From a virus (Duplodnaviria; Caudoviricetes): a stretch of DNA of 64,000 bases. Position 1 is the first letter of the stretch, and every line of letters begins with the position of its first letter. Shown piece by piece: positions 1 to 9,838 of this stretch. A model generated the notes under the pieces. That model was given only the letters and a program-made list of their open reading frames with translations. It was not told the origin of the DNA and did not search any database. The stretch spans positions 1-64,000 of the IMG/VR virus record IMGVR_UViG_2895374923_000003. The stretch is one strand, 5' to 3'. A program made the translations under genes and the position numbers.

Positions 1-288
1 ATGGCCAGTGAGAAGAAGGACATCATCGAGATCCGATGCCGGTCGTGCCAGGGGTTCATCGGCTACGCCGACGCCAACCGCAGGGTGTACTGCTCGATCT
101 GGTGCATGGAGGATCCGACGTGGATCTACAGCAGGGAAGACCGCGACTCGGCGATCACCTACATGTACGACGTAGTCGGCCTGCCGCCGTCTGAATGCGG
201 CGAGCCATTCGGGCTGACACGCCAAGCCGTCAACGACATCCTCGTGAAGCGAGGCTCCATTGCACAGACCAAGCGCGCGAAGGACTAG
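1..288 (+). CDS. Small putative DNA-binding protein (Cys-rich N-terminus, C-terminal HTH)
   Basis: CRSC...YCSIWC possible Zn ligands; LPPSECGEPFGLTRQAVNDIL resembles a sigma-r4-type HTH. Confidence 0.55.
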   Translation: MASEKKDIIEIRCRSCQGFIGYADANRRVYCSIWCMEDPTWIYSREDRDSAITYMYDVVGLPPSECGEPFGLTRQAVNDILVKRGSIAQTKRAKD

Positions 289-305
289 CCGGCCAGTCCA
301 ATCGC

Positions 306-340
306 GGCCCGCCACATTACAAAGTGGCGGGCCTTTTTTC
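306..340 (+). terminator. Intrinsic terminator
   Basis: Perfect 10-bp stem GGCCCGCCAC/GTGGCGGGCC, loop ATTACAAA, followed by TTTTTT. Confidence 0.85.
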
Positions 341-375
341 TTACCCTCGAAATAGGACTAATGAGGGTATGAATT

Positions 376-1956
376 GTGACATTGACGGCCGATGATGACC
401 TGCTCGACTACGAACTGCTGGATGAGACGGAGACCGAGCGCCAGGCGCGCGAGGACACCGAGGTTCGGCTGGATGAAATCTCGCAGGCGAACGTCGACCT
501 CATTGTCGACAAGACCATGGTCGTGGTCGACGAGCTAAGCGGGCATCCGCTCTACGAATATCAGAAGCCTTTCGCCCGCCGATTCGTCGAGTCCCTCGTC
601 ATCGGTGATGGCGCCACCTTGACCGCGCTCTTCTCCCGGCAGAGTGGGAAAAGTGAGACCGTGGCCAACGTCATTGCGGCCGTGATGATCCTCTTCCCCG
701 TGCTGTCCAGGATCTTCCCCGAGCTCATGGGCAAATTTCGGGAGGGTGTCTGGGTCGGTGCCTTCGCTCCGGTGGATGATCAGGCGGACAACCTGTACGC
801 CCGCATCGTCTCCCGCCTGACCAGTGACCGCGCCATGGAACTCATGACCGACCCGGACATCGACGACTCCGTCCGGGCCAAGGGCCGCACGCTGACCCTG
901 CGCTCCGGCTCCCTCGTGCGCAAGCAGACCTGCCACCCTCGCGCGATCATTGAGGGCCGCACCTACCACGTCATCCTGATCGACGAGTGTCAGGGTGCCG
1001 ACGAGAGAGTCGTCAACAAGAGCATTGGCCCGATGGGTGCCTCGACTAACGCCACCATGGTCTTCACCGGAACGCCTTCCTACGAGAAGGGTGTCTTCTA
1101 CCGCACGATCCAGCTCAACAAGCGCCAGGCCACCAAGCGAGGCTCTCGCCAGAACCATTTCGAGGCCGACTGGAAGGCCGCCGCCAAGGCCAATCCGCAC
1201 TATGGCCGGTTCGTGAAGAAGGAACTGCTGAGAATCGGCGAGGACAGCGACGAGTTCAAGCTGTCGTACAGGTTGATGTGGCTGCTGGCTCAGGGCATGT
1301 TCACCACGGCCGAGGTCATCTCCAGCCTCGGCGACAAGAGCATGGAGATCGTGAAGGACTGGTATCGCAGCCCGATCCTGGTGGGCATCGACCCAGCCCG
1401 AAAGCAGGACTCCACCATCGCCACGGCCGTGTGGGTCGACTGGGCCAACCCGGACGAGTTCGGCTTCTACAACCACCGGATCTTGAACTGGCTCGACCTG
1501 TCCGGCATGAACTGGGAGGAACAATACTTCCGGTTGGTGGAATGGATGAGCCACTACTACGTCTACAAGGTGGGCGTGGACAGCGGGGGTGTCGGCGATG
1601 CGGTCGCCCAGCGCCTCCAGGTCCTGATGCCAGGCGTGGAGGTCGTCCCGCTCGGCAGCCAGCGGCCCGACCAGTCCAAGCGCTGGAAGCACCTGTCCCA
1701 GCTCCTCGACAGGCACCGGATCGCCTGGCCAGCGCACGCCAAGACCCGCCGGTTGCGCACCTACCGCCGCTTCGCGCAGCAGATGGAAGACCTCCAACTC
1801 GTCTACACCGGCCCGTACATGCTCGCCGAGGCTCCCAACGAAGCCGACGCCCACGACGACTACCCGGACTCCCTGGCGATGGCCTGCATCCTGGCCTCTG
1901 ACGACAACCAAATGCCCGAGATCGAGGTCGGCAATAACCCGTTCTTTCGCCGCTGA
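376..1956 (+). CDS. terL: Terminase large subunit
   Basis: Walker A SRQSGKSE, Walker B VILIDE, nuclease motifs VGIDPA and DDYPDSLA; upstream of portal. Confidence 0.95.
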   Translation: MTLTADDDLLDYELLDETETERQAREDTEVRLDEISQANVDLIVDKTMVVVDELSGHPLYEYQKPFARRFVESLVIGDGATLTALFSRQSGKSETVANVIAAVMILFPVLSRIFPELMGKFREGVWVGAFAPVDDQADNLYARIVSRLTSDRAMELMTDPDIDDSVRAKGRTLTLRSGSLVRKQTCHPRAIIEGRTYHVILIDECQGADERVVNKSIGPMGASTNATMVFTGTPSYEKGVFYRTIQLNKRQATKRGSRQNHFEADWKAAAKANPHYGRFVKKELLRIGEDSDEFKLSYRLMWLLAQGMFTTAEVISSLGDKSMEIVKDWYRSPILVGIDPARKQDSTIATAVWVDWANPDEFGFYNHRILNWLDLSGMNWEEQYFRLVEWMSHYYVYKVGVDSGGVGDAVAQRLQVLMPGVEVVPLGSQRPDQSKRWKHLSQLLDRHRIAWPAHAKTRRLRTYRRFAQQMEDLQLVYTGPYMLAEAPNEADAHDDYPDSLAMACILASDDNQMPEIEVGNNPFFRR

Positions 1957-2028
1957 ATTACAAACCGGACAGCCATTCTTCCTACTCTGGGAATGTCGCT
2001 AATTTCCATGGAAGCGAGCATTTCCCAC

Positions 2029-2445
2029 ATGGCAGATCCCATCGAGACCTCCCCTCTCGCGCCGTCCCCGCAGTACCCGGAGCGCATCACCCCGGTCTAC
2101 GAGCGCAAGGCGGGAGTCAACGGTGTCCGGCGCGGCCCCCTCCGCTTCGAGGAGGGCGTGGCAACTGACACCGACGTCCCCAACGACTTCCAGGTCGGCA
2201 TCATGCAGGGCTACGTCACCGCCCCGGGCCGCCCGAACCACAACCGCAACGTCTACGTGAAGGCGCCGGCCGAGACCCTGAAGCAGCGCGCTCACGTCGG
2301 CTCCAGCTCCTGGATCGAGGCGCCCACCTTCCTGGGTGAGTTCGCGCACGGCTCCTACGGAGACCACGGCCATATCGAATACGAGCAGGTGACTCGATAC
2401 GGCGGCCACTACACCCGCCGTAACGGTGCCGCGGTGAACGACTGA
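2029..2445 (+). CDS. Hypothetical protein between terL and portal (possibly virion)
   Basis: Coding-like high-GC3 codons from ATG 2029 (track starts at 1993). Confidence 0.7.
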   Translation: MADPIETSPLAPSPQYPERITPVYERKAGVNGVRRGPLRFEEGVATDTDVPNDFQVGIMQGYVTAPGRPNHNRNVYVKAPAETLKQRAHVGSSSWIEAPTFLGEFAHGSYGDHGHIEYEQVTRYGGHYTRRNGAAVND

Positions 2446-2485
2446 TGCGCCCGCGTCGCATATAGCAACTCCGCATTACAAAGCG

Positions 2486-2537
2486 AAAGTGCGCCCTTCA
2501 TACGCTGAAAAGCGAAATGTTGGGCGCGCTTTTCTTT
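2486..2537 (+). terminator. Hairpin with U-tract upstream of portal (terminator or attenuator)
   Basis: AAAGTGCGCCC ... GGGCGCGCTTT (one G-U pair) followed by TCTTT. Confidence 0.55.
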
Positions 2538-2568
2538 GCGCTGGAGATGTTAGAGGTCTCGCGAGTCC

Positions 2569-4278
2569 GTGTCGGCTATTGCGTTCTACCCACCGGCACA
2601 ACGCGCCGCGGGCTCAGACCTTGCCATCTCCATCTCGCCGCTCGGCCTTGTCGAGTTGGCCGACGAAGAATTTGAAGTCCACGGCCCTCGGCTGAACCGG
2701 TACGCCCTCAACTGGGCCTTCTATCTGGGCCATCACCACGCGTACCGGCGCGAGGCGGGGGAGACCCAGCACACCTCGAACTATGTGCGGGCCCTGACCG
2801 ACTTCGTCGCGAACTTCACCTTCTCCCGCGGCGTCACGTTCTCCTCGGCCAAGCAGTACGCCCACATCGTCCCGGCCCTGCTGAACCGAGTCTGGGAGAC
2901 CGACAACGACAAGCCCAAGGTCCTGCGCGAAATGGCGCAGCAAGGCGGCGTGTCCGGCGACTGCTTCGTCAAGGTGGCATACGACCCGGCCTACGTCGAC
3001 CCGGCCGGCAACACGCACCCCGGCCGCGTCCGGGTCCTTCCCCTGAACTCCTCGTTCGTGTTCCCCGAGTGGCACCCCCACGACCGGGAGCGCATGATCC
3101 GCTGCAAGATCAAGTACAAGTTCTGGACGACCTCGCAAGAGGGCACCCGCCAGGTCATGACGTACACCGAGATCGTCACCGCCGACCGCATCGAGGAATA
3201 CGTCAACGACGACTTGATCGACAGCCGCGCCAACCCGCTCGGCTGCATCCCGATCGTCCACGTGCCCAACGTCGATGTCTCCGGCTCGCCCTGGGGTCTG
3301 GCCGACTGCCAGGACGTTGTCCCGCTGAACAGGACCTACAACGAGGTCGCCACCCAGGTCGCGGACATCATCGCCTACCACGCCGAGCCGGTCACGATCA
3401 TCACCGGGGCCAAGGCGTCCAACCTCGAAAAGGGCGCCAAGAAAGTCTGGGGCGGCCTGCCCAAGGACGCGAGCGTCTTCAACCTCGAAAACGGCGTCAA
3501 CCTGGCGGGCCCCATGGAGTTCCTGGAACTCCTGAAGCGCACCATGCACGAAATGACCGGCGTCCCCGAGACGGCCCTCGGCCAAATCCAGCCGATCTCC
3601 AACACCTCCGGCGTGGCCCTGGCCATTCAGTACCAGCCGATGATGAACCGCTACAACGCCAAGAAGGTCAACTACACCGCAGGGCTGCGGCGGATCAACG
3701 AACTCGTGTTGCGGACGCTTTTCGTCTTCGAGCCGGAAACGCGCTTCTACGACCCGGCCACCGACGGCATCATCCAGGACGACCAGCCGTACATCATCGA
3801 CCCGGCAGACCCCCTGGTGTACCGCACGACCGTCGACTGGCCGCCCCCGCTGCCTGTCGACGCATTGATCAAGCTCAATGAGATTCAGACCAAGATGGCG
3901 CTCGGCTTGGAAAGCAAGCGCGGAGCGCTTAAGGACTTGGGCGTCGAATTCCCCGACGAGAAAATCCAGGAGATTTTCGAGGAATTGGTGCTCGACGCCA
4001 AGGAGCAGGGTGCGCTCGACATGCTAAACGCGCATATTGCCTCTGCTATCGTTCAAATGACTGGGATGAATCCCGATGGTTCGCCTCAGGAAAACTCAAC
4101 CCCGCTACAAGGCAGTACTAATTCGGAATCCGCGGGCCCTGTGCCGATGCCACCGGTGAATAAAGAACTCGCCGGGCTCATCGGCTCTCAGGAAAACAAC
4201 CTCATCAACGAACTGGTGACACAGGCGTACGGCACCAAATTGCCGCAGCGCCGAAATCCGGACGCAGATGACGCCTAG
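2569..4278 (+). CDS. Portal protein (SPP1 gp6-like)
   Basis: 569 aa between terL and scaffold; NPLGCIPIVHVPN, GLADCQDVVPL, SNTSGVAL portal-type motifs. Confidence 0.9.
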   Translation: MSAIAFYPPAQRAAGSDLAISISPLGLVELADEEFEVHGPRLNRYALNWAFYLGHHHAYRREAGETQHTSNYVRALTDFVANFTFSRGVTFSSAKQYAHIVPALLNRVWETDNDKPKVLREMAQQGGVSGDCFVKVAYDPAYVDPAGNTHPGRVRVLPLNSSFVFPEWHPHDRERMIRCKIKYKFWTTSQEGTRQVMTYTEIVTADRIEEYVNDDLIDSRANPLGCIPIVHVPNVDVSGSPWGLADCQDVVPLNRTYNEVATQVADIIAYHAEPVTIITGAKASNLEKGAKKVWGGLPKDASVFNLENGVNLAGPMEFLELLKRTMHEMTGVPETALGQIQPISNTSGVALAIQYQPMMNRYNAKKVNYTAGLRRINELVLRTLFVFEPETRFYDPATDGIIQDDQPYIIDPADPLVYRTTVDWPPPLPVDALIKLNEIQTKMALGLESKRGALKDLGVEFPDEKIQEIFEELVLDAKEQGALDMLNAHIASAIVQMTGMNPDGSPQENSTPLQGSTNSESAGPVPMPPVNKELAGLIGSQENNLINELVTQAYGTKLPQRRNPDADDA

Positions 4279-4289
4279 GAGACGAGTTA

Positions 4290-5051
4290 GTGCCCGAGAT
4301 TGACCCGACGACCGCTGCACCCGCTACCGCGGCCCCGCCGCCCGCGAGCGGTGACCACTTCACCGCCGCCGACATCGAAAAGGCCCGCGAGCAGGAGAAG
4401 GCCAAGCTGTACGGCCGCATCTCCAAGCAGGACGAGAAGCTGTCCACGCTCCAGGCCCAGCTCGAAGACGTCCTCGCCGAGCGCAAGGCCGCAGCCGAGC
4501 AGGCCACCCAGCTCCAGGCCGAGCGGGAGGACGCCGAACGCAAGGCGCGCGAGGAGGAGATGTCCGTACGGCAGCTCCTCCAGACCAAGGAGCAGGAGTG
4601 GAACGACCGCTTCGCGCAGATCGAGCGCGAGCGGGAAACCGAACGAGCGGCCCTGGAGAAGGACCGCCAGTTCGCCGAGCTCCAGGGCTTCGTGCAGCGC
4701 CGCGTCCGCGAGGAGAGCGAGGCTGGCACCATCGCCCCCGAGCTCGTCGACCTGATCTCCGGCAACACCCCGGATGAGGTCGAAGCCAGCATCACCCTGC
4801 TGCGGGACAAGACCAACAGCATCGTTGCCAACATGCAGGCCGCCACCTCGGCCGTGGCGCCCCCGCCTGCTCCTCGCGGCGTATCCCCGGCGGGCTACGC
4901 CGCTACCGGCCCCCTGGACATGGACTCCGTAACCAAGACGATCACACCCGAAGAGCTCAGGGCCATGCCGATGTCCGAATACGCCAAGCTCCGGCCCGCC
5001 TTGATCGGCCGCGCGGCAGCCCCCAACGCCTCTCACGGCCTCTTCGGTTAA
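4290..5051 (+). CDS. Capsid scaffolding protein
   Basis: Coiled-coil, E/Q/R/A-rich, directly upstream of the major capsid gene. Confidence 0.8.
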   Translation: MPEIDPTTAAPATAAPPPASGDHFTAADIEKAREQEKAKLYGRISKQDEKLSTLQAQLEDVLAERKAAAEQATQLQAEREDAERKAREEEMSVRQLLQTKEQEWNDRFAQIERERETERAALEKDRQFAELQGFVQRRVREESEAGTIAPELVDLISGNTPDEVEASITLLRDKTNSIVANMQAATSAVAPPPAPRGVSPAGYAATGPLDMDSVTKTITPEELRAMPMSEYAKLRPALIGRAAAPNASHGLFG

Positions 5052-5064
5052 GGAAACCTAGCAA

Positions 5065-6093
5065 GTGCCCTCTGCAATCACCGGTACCCCCAACCTCGCG
5101 ACCGTCGCTGGCGGTAACGGCACCGTCGCCACGCCCGGGGCGTACTACCAGTCCGGTAGTGGCCTGTCCCCGGCCATCCAGGGCGTCTGGTCGAAGGAGA
5201 TCCTCTTCGCGGCCATGCCGATCCTCCGGTATGAGCAGTTCGCGATCAAGAAGACTGAGCTCGGTGTCACGCCCGGTTTGACGATCAACTTCATGCGCTA
5301 CAACCAGCTCCCGGATGCCAAGCAGCTCACTGAAGGCGTCCGCATGGAGACCTACGCGCTGTCGGCCTCCCAGTACAGCATCACCGTGGCCGAGCACGGC
5401 ATGGCCGTGGCCGTATCCGAGCTCCTGCTCAACGCCAGCTTCGACGACGTGATGGCCTCGGCATCGCGGCTGCTGGGCCGCAACATGGCCCTCTACCTCG
5501 ACTCCCAGGCCCGCGACACCCTGCTCCAGACGCCGAACCTGCTGCTGGGCTACAACAAGCTCTCGGCGCCGTCCGCTCCGGCCACGAGCATCTCCCCGTA
5601 CGACCTCGGCTCCGCCGCGGCCAACCCGGACCTGCTGGCCAAGGGCGGCTACCACTTCACGACCGCCCTGGTGAAGGACGCCGTCGAGAAGCTCGCCACT
5701 GCCAATGTGCCGCGCCTGGGCGAGACCTACGTCGCGTTCGTTCACCCGCACCAGTCCCGCAAGCTCCGGGATGACCCGAGCTGGATCGAGATGACGAAGT
5801 ACGCCTCCCCGGGCAACTTCGCGCTCGGCGAGATCGGCCGCATCGACGACGTCGTCTTCATCGAGACCACTCAGGTCAAGAACCGGGCGCTGACGGTCGG
5901 CGCGGACACCGCCCAGACCTATTCCTCGACGATCATCGGGGACAATGCGTTCGGCCATGCGATCAGCCTGCCCGTCGAGCTCCGCGACGGCGGCGTGCTC
6001 GACCACGGCCGCGAGCATTCCATCGCATGGTACTCGATCTGGGGCCTCGGCCTGATCACCAAGGAAGCCGTCATCGAGCTTCGCACCAACTAA
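5065..6093 (+). CDS. Major capsid protein (N4-gp56-like)
   Basis: PGLTINFMRY, LTEGV, YVAFVHP, GEIGRIDDVVFIET, IAWYSIWG motifs; position after scaffold. Confidence 0.92.
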   Translation: MPSAITGTPNLATVAGGNGTVATPGAYYQSGSGLSPAIQGVWSKEILFAAMPILRYEQFAIKKTELGVTPGLTINFMRYNQLPDAKQLTEGVRMETYALSASQYSITVAEHGMAVAVSELLLNASFDDVMASASRLLGRNMALYLDSQARDTLLQTPNLLLGYNKLSAPSAPATSISPYDLGSAAANPDLLAKGGYHFTTALVKDAVEKLATANVPRLGETYVAFVHPHQSRKLRDDPSWIEMTKYASPGNFALGEIGRIDDVVFIETTQVKNRALTVGADTAQTYSSTIIGDNAFGHAISLPVELRDGGVLDHGREHSIAWYSIWGLGLITKEAVIELRTN

Positions 6094-6101
6094 TGCCGGA
6101 C

Positions 6102-6133
6102 CGCTCGGGCGCCCCTCGCCTGGCGTCCGAGCG
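6102..6133 (+). terminator. Hairpin after major capsid gene
   Basis: CGCTCGGGCGCC/GGCGTCCGAGCG 12-bp stem (one G-U pair) just after the stop. Confidence 0.55.
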
Positions 6134-6177
6134 ATCTGGGTGTCGTCATCCCCCAATGCAATCGGAGCTATTTCATC

Positions 6178-6504
6178 GTGGCTGTAAGTCGCAAGTCACC
6201 CACCGATCTGACCGGCCGCAAGGCTGCCGAACTGGCCGAGGAACGCGCCGAGGAGCTCAAGGCCCGGGCCGGTGAAATCACCACCCTGACCGGGATCCCT
6301 CAGGAGGTCGACGACGAGGAGATCGTCGTGGCCGATGCGGTCGAGGTCGACGTGCCCACGCGCAAGATCCGGGTCCTGGAGGACCTGGAGGACATCTGCG
6401 TTGGTGTCGGCACCAGCTACACCTTCCTGCGCGGAAAGACCTACACCGTCCCGGCCCACGTGGCAGCCCACCTGGAGGAGAAGGGCTACACGTGGCTCAA
6501 CTGA
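6178..6504 (+). CDS. Hypothetical head-associated protein
   Basis: 108 aa after MCP, phage-like codon usage. Confidence 0.7.
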   Translation: MAVSRKSPTDLTGRKAAELAEERAEELKARAGEITTLTGIPQEVDDEEIVVADAVEVDVPTRKIRVLEDLEDICVGVGTSYTFLRGKTYTVPAHVAAHLEEKGYTWLN

Positions 6505-6737
6505 TCGCCGAGGTCGGCAAGCTCTACCGGCTGGTCGACGACTTCGGGGTCGGGCCGGGCTCGCTCCCGGCTGGCGCCGAAGTGGTGGTGACCGGCATTT
6601 ACCCCCCAGGCACGCCCGGCATCGGCCTGTCGGAGGAGGACACCGTCCTGGCCGACTACACCAGGGCCGATGACTCGGTGCAGACCATCGCGGTGGGCGT
6701 CACTGAGTTCGAGCAGCGTTTCGTGGCGGTGAGCTGA
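6492..6737 (+). CDS. Hypothetical protein
   Basis: 81 aa, overlapping and coupled to both neighbours. Confidence 0.65.
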   Translation: MAQLIAEVGKLYRLVDDFGVGPGSLPAGAEVVVTGIYPPGTPGIGLSEEDTVLADYTRADDSVQTIAVGVTEFEQRFVAVS

Positions 6738-7156
6738 TGCCCGGCGGACCCACGGCGCTCGGCGCGCAACTCCAGCTCGACTACATCACCGGACGGGCAC
6801 TCGGCTACACGGCTGCGCGCAACGTCTACCTGGCCCTGCTGACCTCCGCGCCGCTGGACAACGCGGGCCTGTCCTCACTGCCGGAGGTGACGACCGCAGG
6901 CTACTCGCGTCAGCAGATCACCTGGACCCCGGCGACACTGGCCAAGCCCTCCCAGTCGAGCAACGCGGGCGTGGTCACCTTCGGCCCGGTCTCGGCGGAC
7001 ATGTCGACCCCGGTGACGCACGCAGCGCTGGTCACCCCCCAGGTGGGCACCACGGGCGACGTGCTCTACACCTGGGCGCTGGATGTGAGCCAGCAGGCTG
7101 TCAACGGACAGGCGCTGCAAATCGCCATCGGCAAGCTGACCATGTCGCAGTCCTAG
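6737..7156 (+). CDS. Small virion structural protein (YLALLT...EV...GYSRQ type)
   Basis: VYLALLTSAP, EVTTAGYSRQQITW, VTHAALV pattern common in small phage structural proteins. Confidence 0.7.
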   Translation: MPGGPTALGAQLQLDYITGRALGYTAARNVYLALLTSAPLDNAGLSSLPEVTTAGYSRQQITWTPATLAKPSQSSNAGVVTFGPVSADMSTPVTHAALVTPQVGTTGDVLYTWALDVSQQAVNGQALQIAIGKLTMSQS

Positions 7157-7179
7157 CTCCGGCGTCGCTACCCGGGGAT

Positions 7180-7220
7180 GCCAAGACCCCCGAGCCCATG
7201 GCCGGCTCGGGGGTCTTGGC
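7180..7220. terminator. Bidirectional terminator between convergent genes
   Basis: Perfect 17-bp inverted repeat GCCAAGACCCCCGAGCC/GGCTCGGGGGTCTTGGC, 7-nt loop. Confidence 0.85.
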
Positions 7221-7233
7221 TCAGTGACGCAGC

Positions 7234-7674
7234 TCAACGCCAAGTGTCCGGTCGGCGCCACACGTCATAGAAGACGAAGCGGACGATGCTCCAGCCGTGC
7301 CGGATGATCAGGAACGCCGCACCGCCGAGCAGCGCGACGCCGAAGGCGGGCGCCAGGATGCGCTCGACGATCCACTCCCCGGTATCGCGCAGGGCCACCA
7401 TCAGCAAGATGAGCACCACCCCGATGGCACCGGCCGCGCCCAGGCGCAGCCGCCAGATCCGGGAGGCGTCCATGTAAGGCGCCATGCGCTGCTCGAGCGG
7501 CTTGGGGAACATCACCGGCGTCCCGTCAGCGTGGCGCAGGACCTCGCCGGTCTCGGGGTCGGTGACGGGGATGAACTCCGGATTGCGGGCGGCGTCGTGG
7601 AGGGTCTGCCAGCGGGCGAGGTCTTCGGGGTCGCCGCCGGAGGGATAGGTGTAAGGGTCGTAGCGCTTGTCCAC
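7234..7674 (-). CDS. Membrane protein with two predicted TM helices, antisense to the structural operon
   Basis: Hydrophobic LGAAGAIGVVLILLMVAL and ILAPAFGVALLGGAAFLII; own terminator. Confidence 0.75.
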   Translation of the reverse strand: MDKRYDPYTYPSGGDPEDLARWQTLHDAARNPEFIPVTDPETGEVLRHADGTPVMFPKPLEQRMAPYMDASRIWRLRLGAAGAIGVVLILLMVALRDTGEWIVERILAPAFGVALLGGAAFLIIRHGWSIVRFVFYDVWRRPDTWR

Positions 7675-7767
7675 GTGGTCTCTTTCTCGTGCGCCCGTTG
7701 ATCGCGGATCTTAGCCGTACGAACTAGCCGATACCAGTTTGAACACCCCGAATCGGAAGATAGGTGC

Positions 7768-8568
7768 ATGGCAGAGATCGGCGTGCTGGTGTCGCGCGTG
7801 CGCAAGGCCCTGGGCGATCCCGGCTACCCGTTGCGTGTCGTCCTGGACACACCCGGAAGCGCCTTCGACATCGGCCACCGCTACCTCACGGGCGTGATCG
7901 TGTCGCTGGTGACCGGCTCTCAGGTGAGCGACCTGCCCGCCAGCGCCTACACCCTCGATAGCGCGGCCGGGGCACTGGATCTGCACGAGGAACTGAGGCC
8001 CGGATCGTCCCTGCTGGTGACCGGCACGGCGCACACCCTGTTCACCGATGCGGAGATCACTGAGTTCGTGCAGGACGCCGCACGCCAGCACTGCCACGAG
8101 CGGGAGATCACGGTCCGCAAGAGGAACGCCAACGGGTTCATCTACTACGAGGAGACGCCGCTCACCCTGGCCACACTCCCCGCGGTGGAAGAAGAACCGC
8201 TGGCGATCCTGGCCACCATCGAGGCGCTGTGGGCGATGGCCACCGATGCCGCCTCCGACGTGGACGTGTGGACTGCCGAGGGAACGCACCTGTCGCGAGC
8301 CCAGCGCTACCAGCAGTTGATGGGCCATATCGAGTCGTTGCAGGCGCGCTACGAGAAGCTGTGCCAGCAACTCAACATCGGCCTGTACCGCATCGAGGTC
8401 TCCACCCTGCGGCGCGTCTCGCGCCTGACCGGCCGCCTGGTCCCCGTCTTCGCCAGCCGGGAGTACGACGACTACCAGCCACCCCGCCGGCTGCTGCCGC
8501 CCATCGACGCCCCGCACGAGGACGAGTCCGGCCTGCCCTCGCCCATCTGGGGCGGGTACGGCGCATGA
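7768..8568 (+). CDS. Head-tail adaptor / neck protein
   Basis: Position between head and sheath genes; 266 aa. Confidence 0.6.
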   Translation: MAEIGVLVSRVRKALGDPGYPLRVVLDTPGSAFDIGHRYLTGVIVSLVTGSQVSDLPASAYTLDSAAGALDLHEELRPGSSLLVTGTAHTLFTDAEITEFVQDAARQHCHEREITVRKRNANGFIYYEETPLTLATLPAVEEEPLAILATIEALWAMATDAASDVDVWTAEGTHLSRAQRYQQLMGHIESLQARYEKLCQQLNIGLYRIEVSTLRRVSRLTGRLVPVFASREYDDYQPPRRLLPPIDAPHEDESGLPSPIWGGYGA

Positions 8569-9092
8569 TGGCCCGCCTGGACTTCAAGAAGGGCCGCTTC
8601 GACCCGGCCTACGAATCCGGCGAGATCGACGGCGCCCTGGACGGCTTCCAGCGCATCTACGGCCAGGACGTCGACTACTACCGCTTCACCCGCGAGCTGT
8701 CGCAGTTCCACGACACCTACGGCGAGTCGACCGGCGCCGGGCGCGTGTTCGCCGAGCCGTTCCCGCTGCGCGCCCTCAGCGTGGTGCGCGAAGAGGGTAG
8801 CGCGGAGCAGCGGCAAGCGGGCCTGACCTGGACCGACAGCCTGCACCTGTCGGCAGGGTTCGCGCAGATGCAACGCGCCGGGTTCACCCGCATCGACATC
8901 GAACACGGGCGCTACCTGCGCGACCGGCTCGTCTACGACACCCGCGTCTTCCGCGTGACCAGCATCCGCGTCCTCGGCCAGCTCCGCACCCGCGACGTCA
9001 TCGTCGGCATCGACGCCGTGCAAATGAAAAAGGAAGACCTGTACGGCGACCCGCAATTCTCGAATTGGTGGAACTCTCAGTCCGGCGCGTAA
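8565..9092 (+). CDS. Head-tail stopper / neck protein
   Basis: ATGA overlap with upstream stop; RDRLVYDTRVFRVTSI beta pattern typical of stoppers. Confidence 0.6.
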   Translation: MMARLDFKKGRFDPAYESGEIDGALDGFQRIYGQDVDYYRFTRELSQFHDTYGESTGAGRVFAEPFPLRALSVVREEGSAEQRQAGLTWTDSLHLSAGFAQMQRAGFTRIDIEHGRYLRDRLVYDTRVFRVTSIRVLGQLRTRDVIVGIDAVQMKKEDLYGDPQFSNWWNSQSGA

Positions 9093-9188
9093 CAGGTAAA
9101 GCCCGGCATTAACTTTTCTCCAGGCCGCACTTTTACCCTAAATGGTGACGATTGTTTTCCATTTAACGGGTAATGGGTGGCGGGCTGA

Positions 9189-9824
9189 ATGCCGTGGATT
9201 CTGAATGAGGACACTGCGCTGAAGCGCAAGCTGTCCGCGCTTTCAGTACCCACCGCAGGCGGGCGGCTGGAGGTTCCGGCGCGCTTTTCCACCCCCGAGC
9301 CCGAGTCGGCCGACATGACCTACCCGGTCATCGTGCTGACCCGCCAGGCGATCACCCGTGCCGAAGGCCGCCAGCACCACGGCTTCATGCGCCTGCCCTA
9401 CCGCCTGGAAGACGTCCCCGAACGCCCGACAGGCGCGACCTGGGACTACTACAGCCACGACCACCCCATCCCGTACGACCTGGACTACCAGATCCAGGTC
9501 CTGGCCCGCAGCCAGGCGCACCTGGTGGAACTGGCCGCGCGCCTGGCCAAGAGCGACCGGCTTCCCCACCAGGGCGGGTTCCTGGAGATCCCCGAAAACA
9601 GGGTCCTTGTGAGCCTGGACGTCCTGGGCGGCCCGGAATTCGCCGAGCTCGTCGACGCCAATGGAAAACGTCTCTTCTCCGCCTCGTACCTGGTGCGCGT
9701 CGCATCTGAATTCTTCCCCGGCGAACTCACCAAATACCTGCGCGTCGAGTCCATCACCCAGTCGGTCGTGCCGCTTGAGGTCGACCAGGTTTCCAACGAT
9801 TTCGCGTGGCCGGACAACGGCTGA
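9189..9824 (+). CDS. Tail terminator / completion protein
   Basis: Just upstream of sheath; TYPVIVL and YDLDYQIQVLARS pattern. Confidence 0.6.
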   Translation: MPWILNEDTALKRKLSALSVPTAGGRLEVPARFSTPEPESADMTYPVIVLTRQAITRAEGRQHHGFMRLPYRLEDVPERPTGATWDYYSHDHPIPYDLDYQIQVLARSQAHLVELAARLAKSDRLPHQGGFLEIPENRVLVSLDVLGGPEFAELVDANGKRLFSASYLVRVASEFFPGELTKYLRVESITQSVVPLEVDQVSNDFAWPDNG

Positions 9825-9838
9825 CCAAGGAGATATGA

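Noticed and set aside
1-288. Terminase small subunit
   Set aside because: Position fits, but it is separated from terL by an intrinsic terminator and lacks an obvious oligomerisation helix; left as a putative DNA-binding protein.
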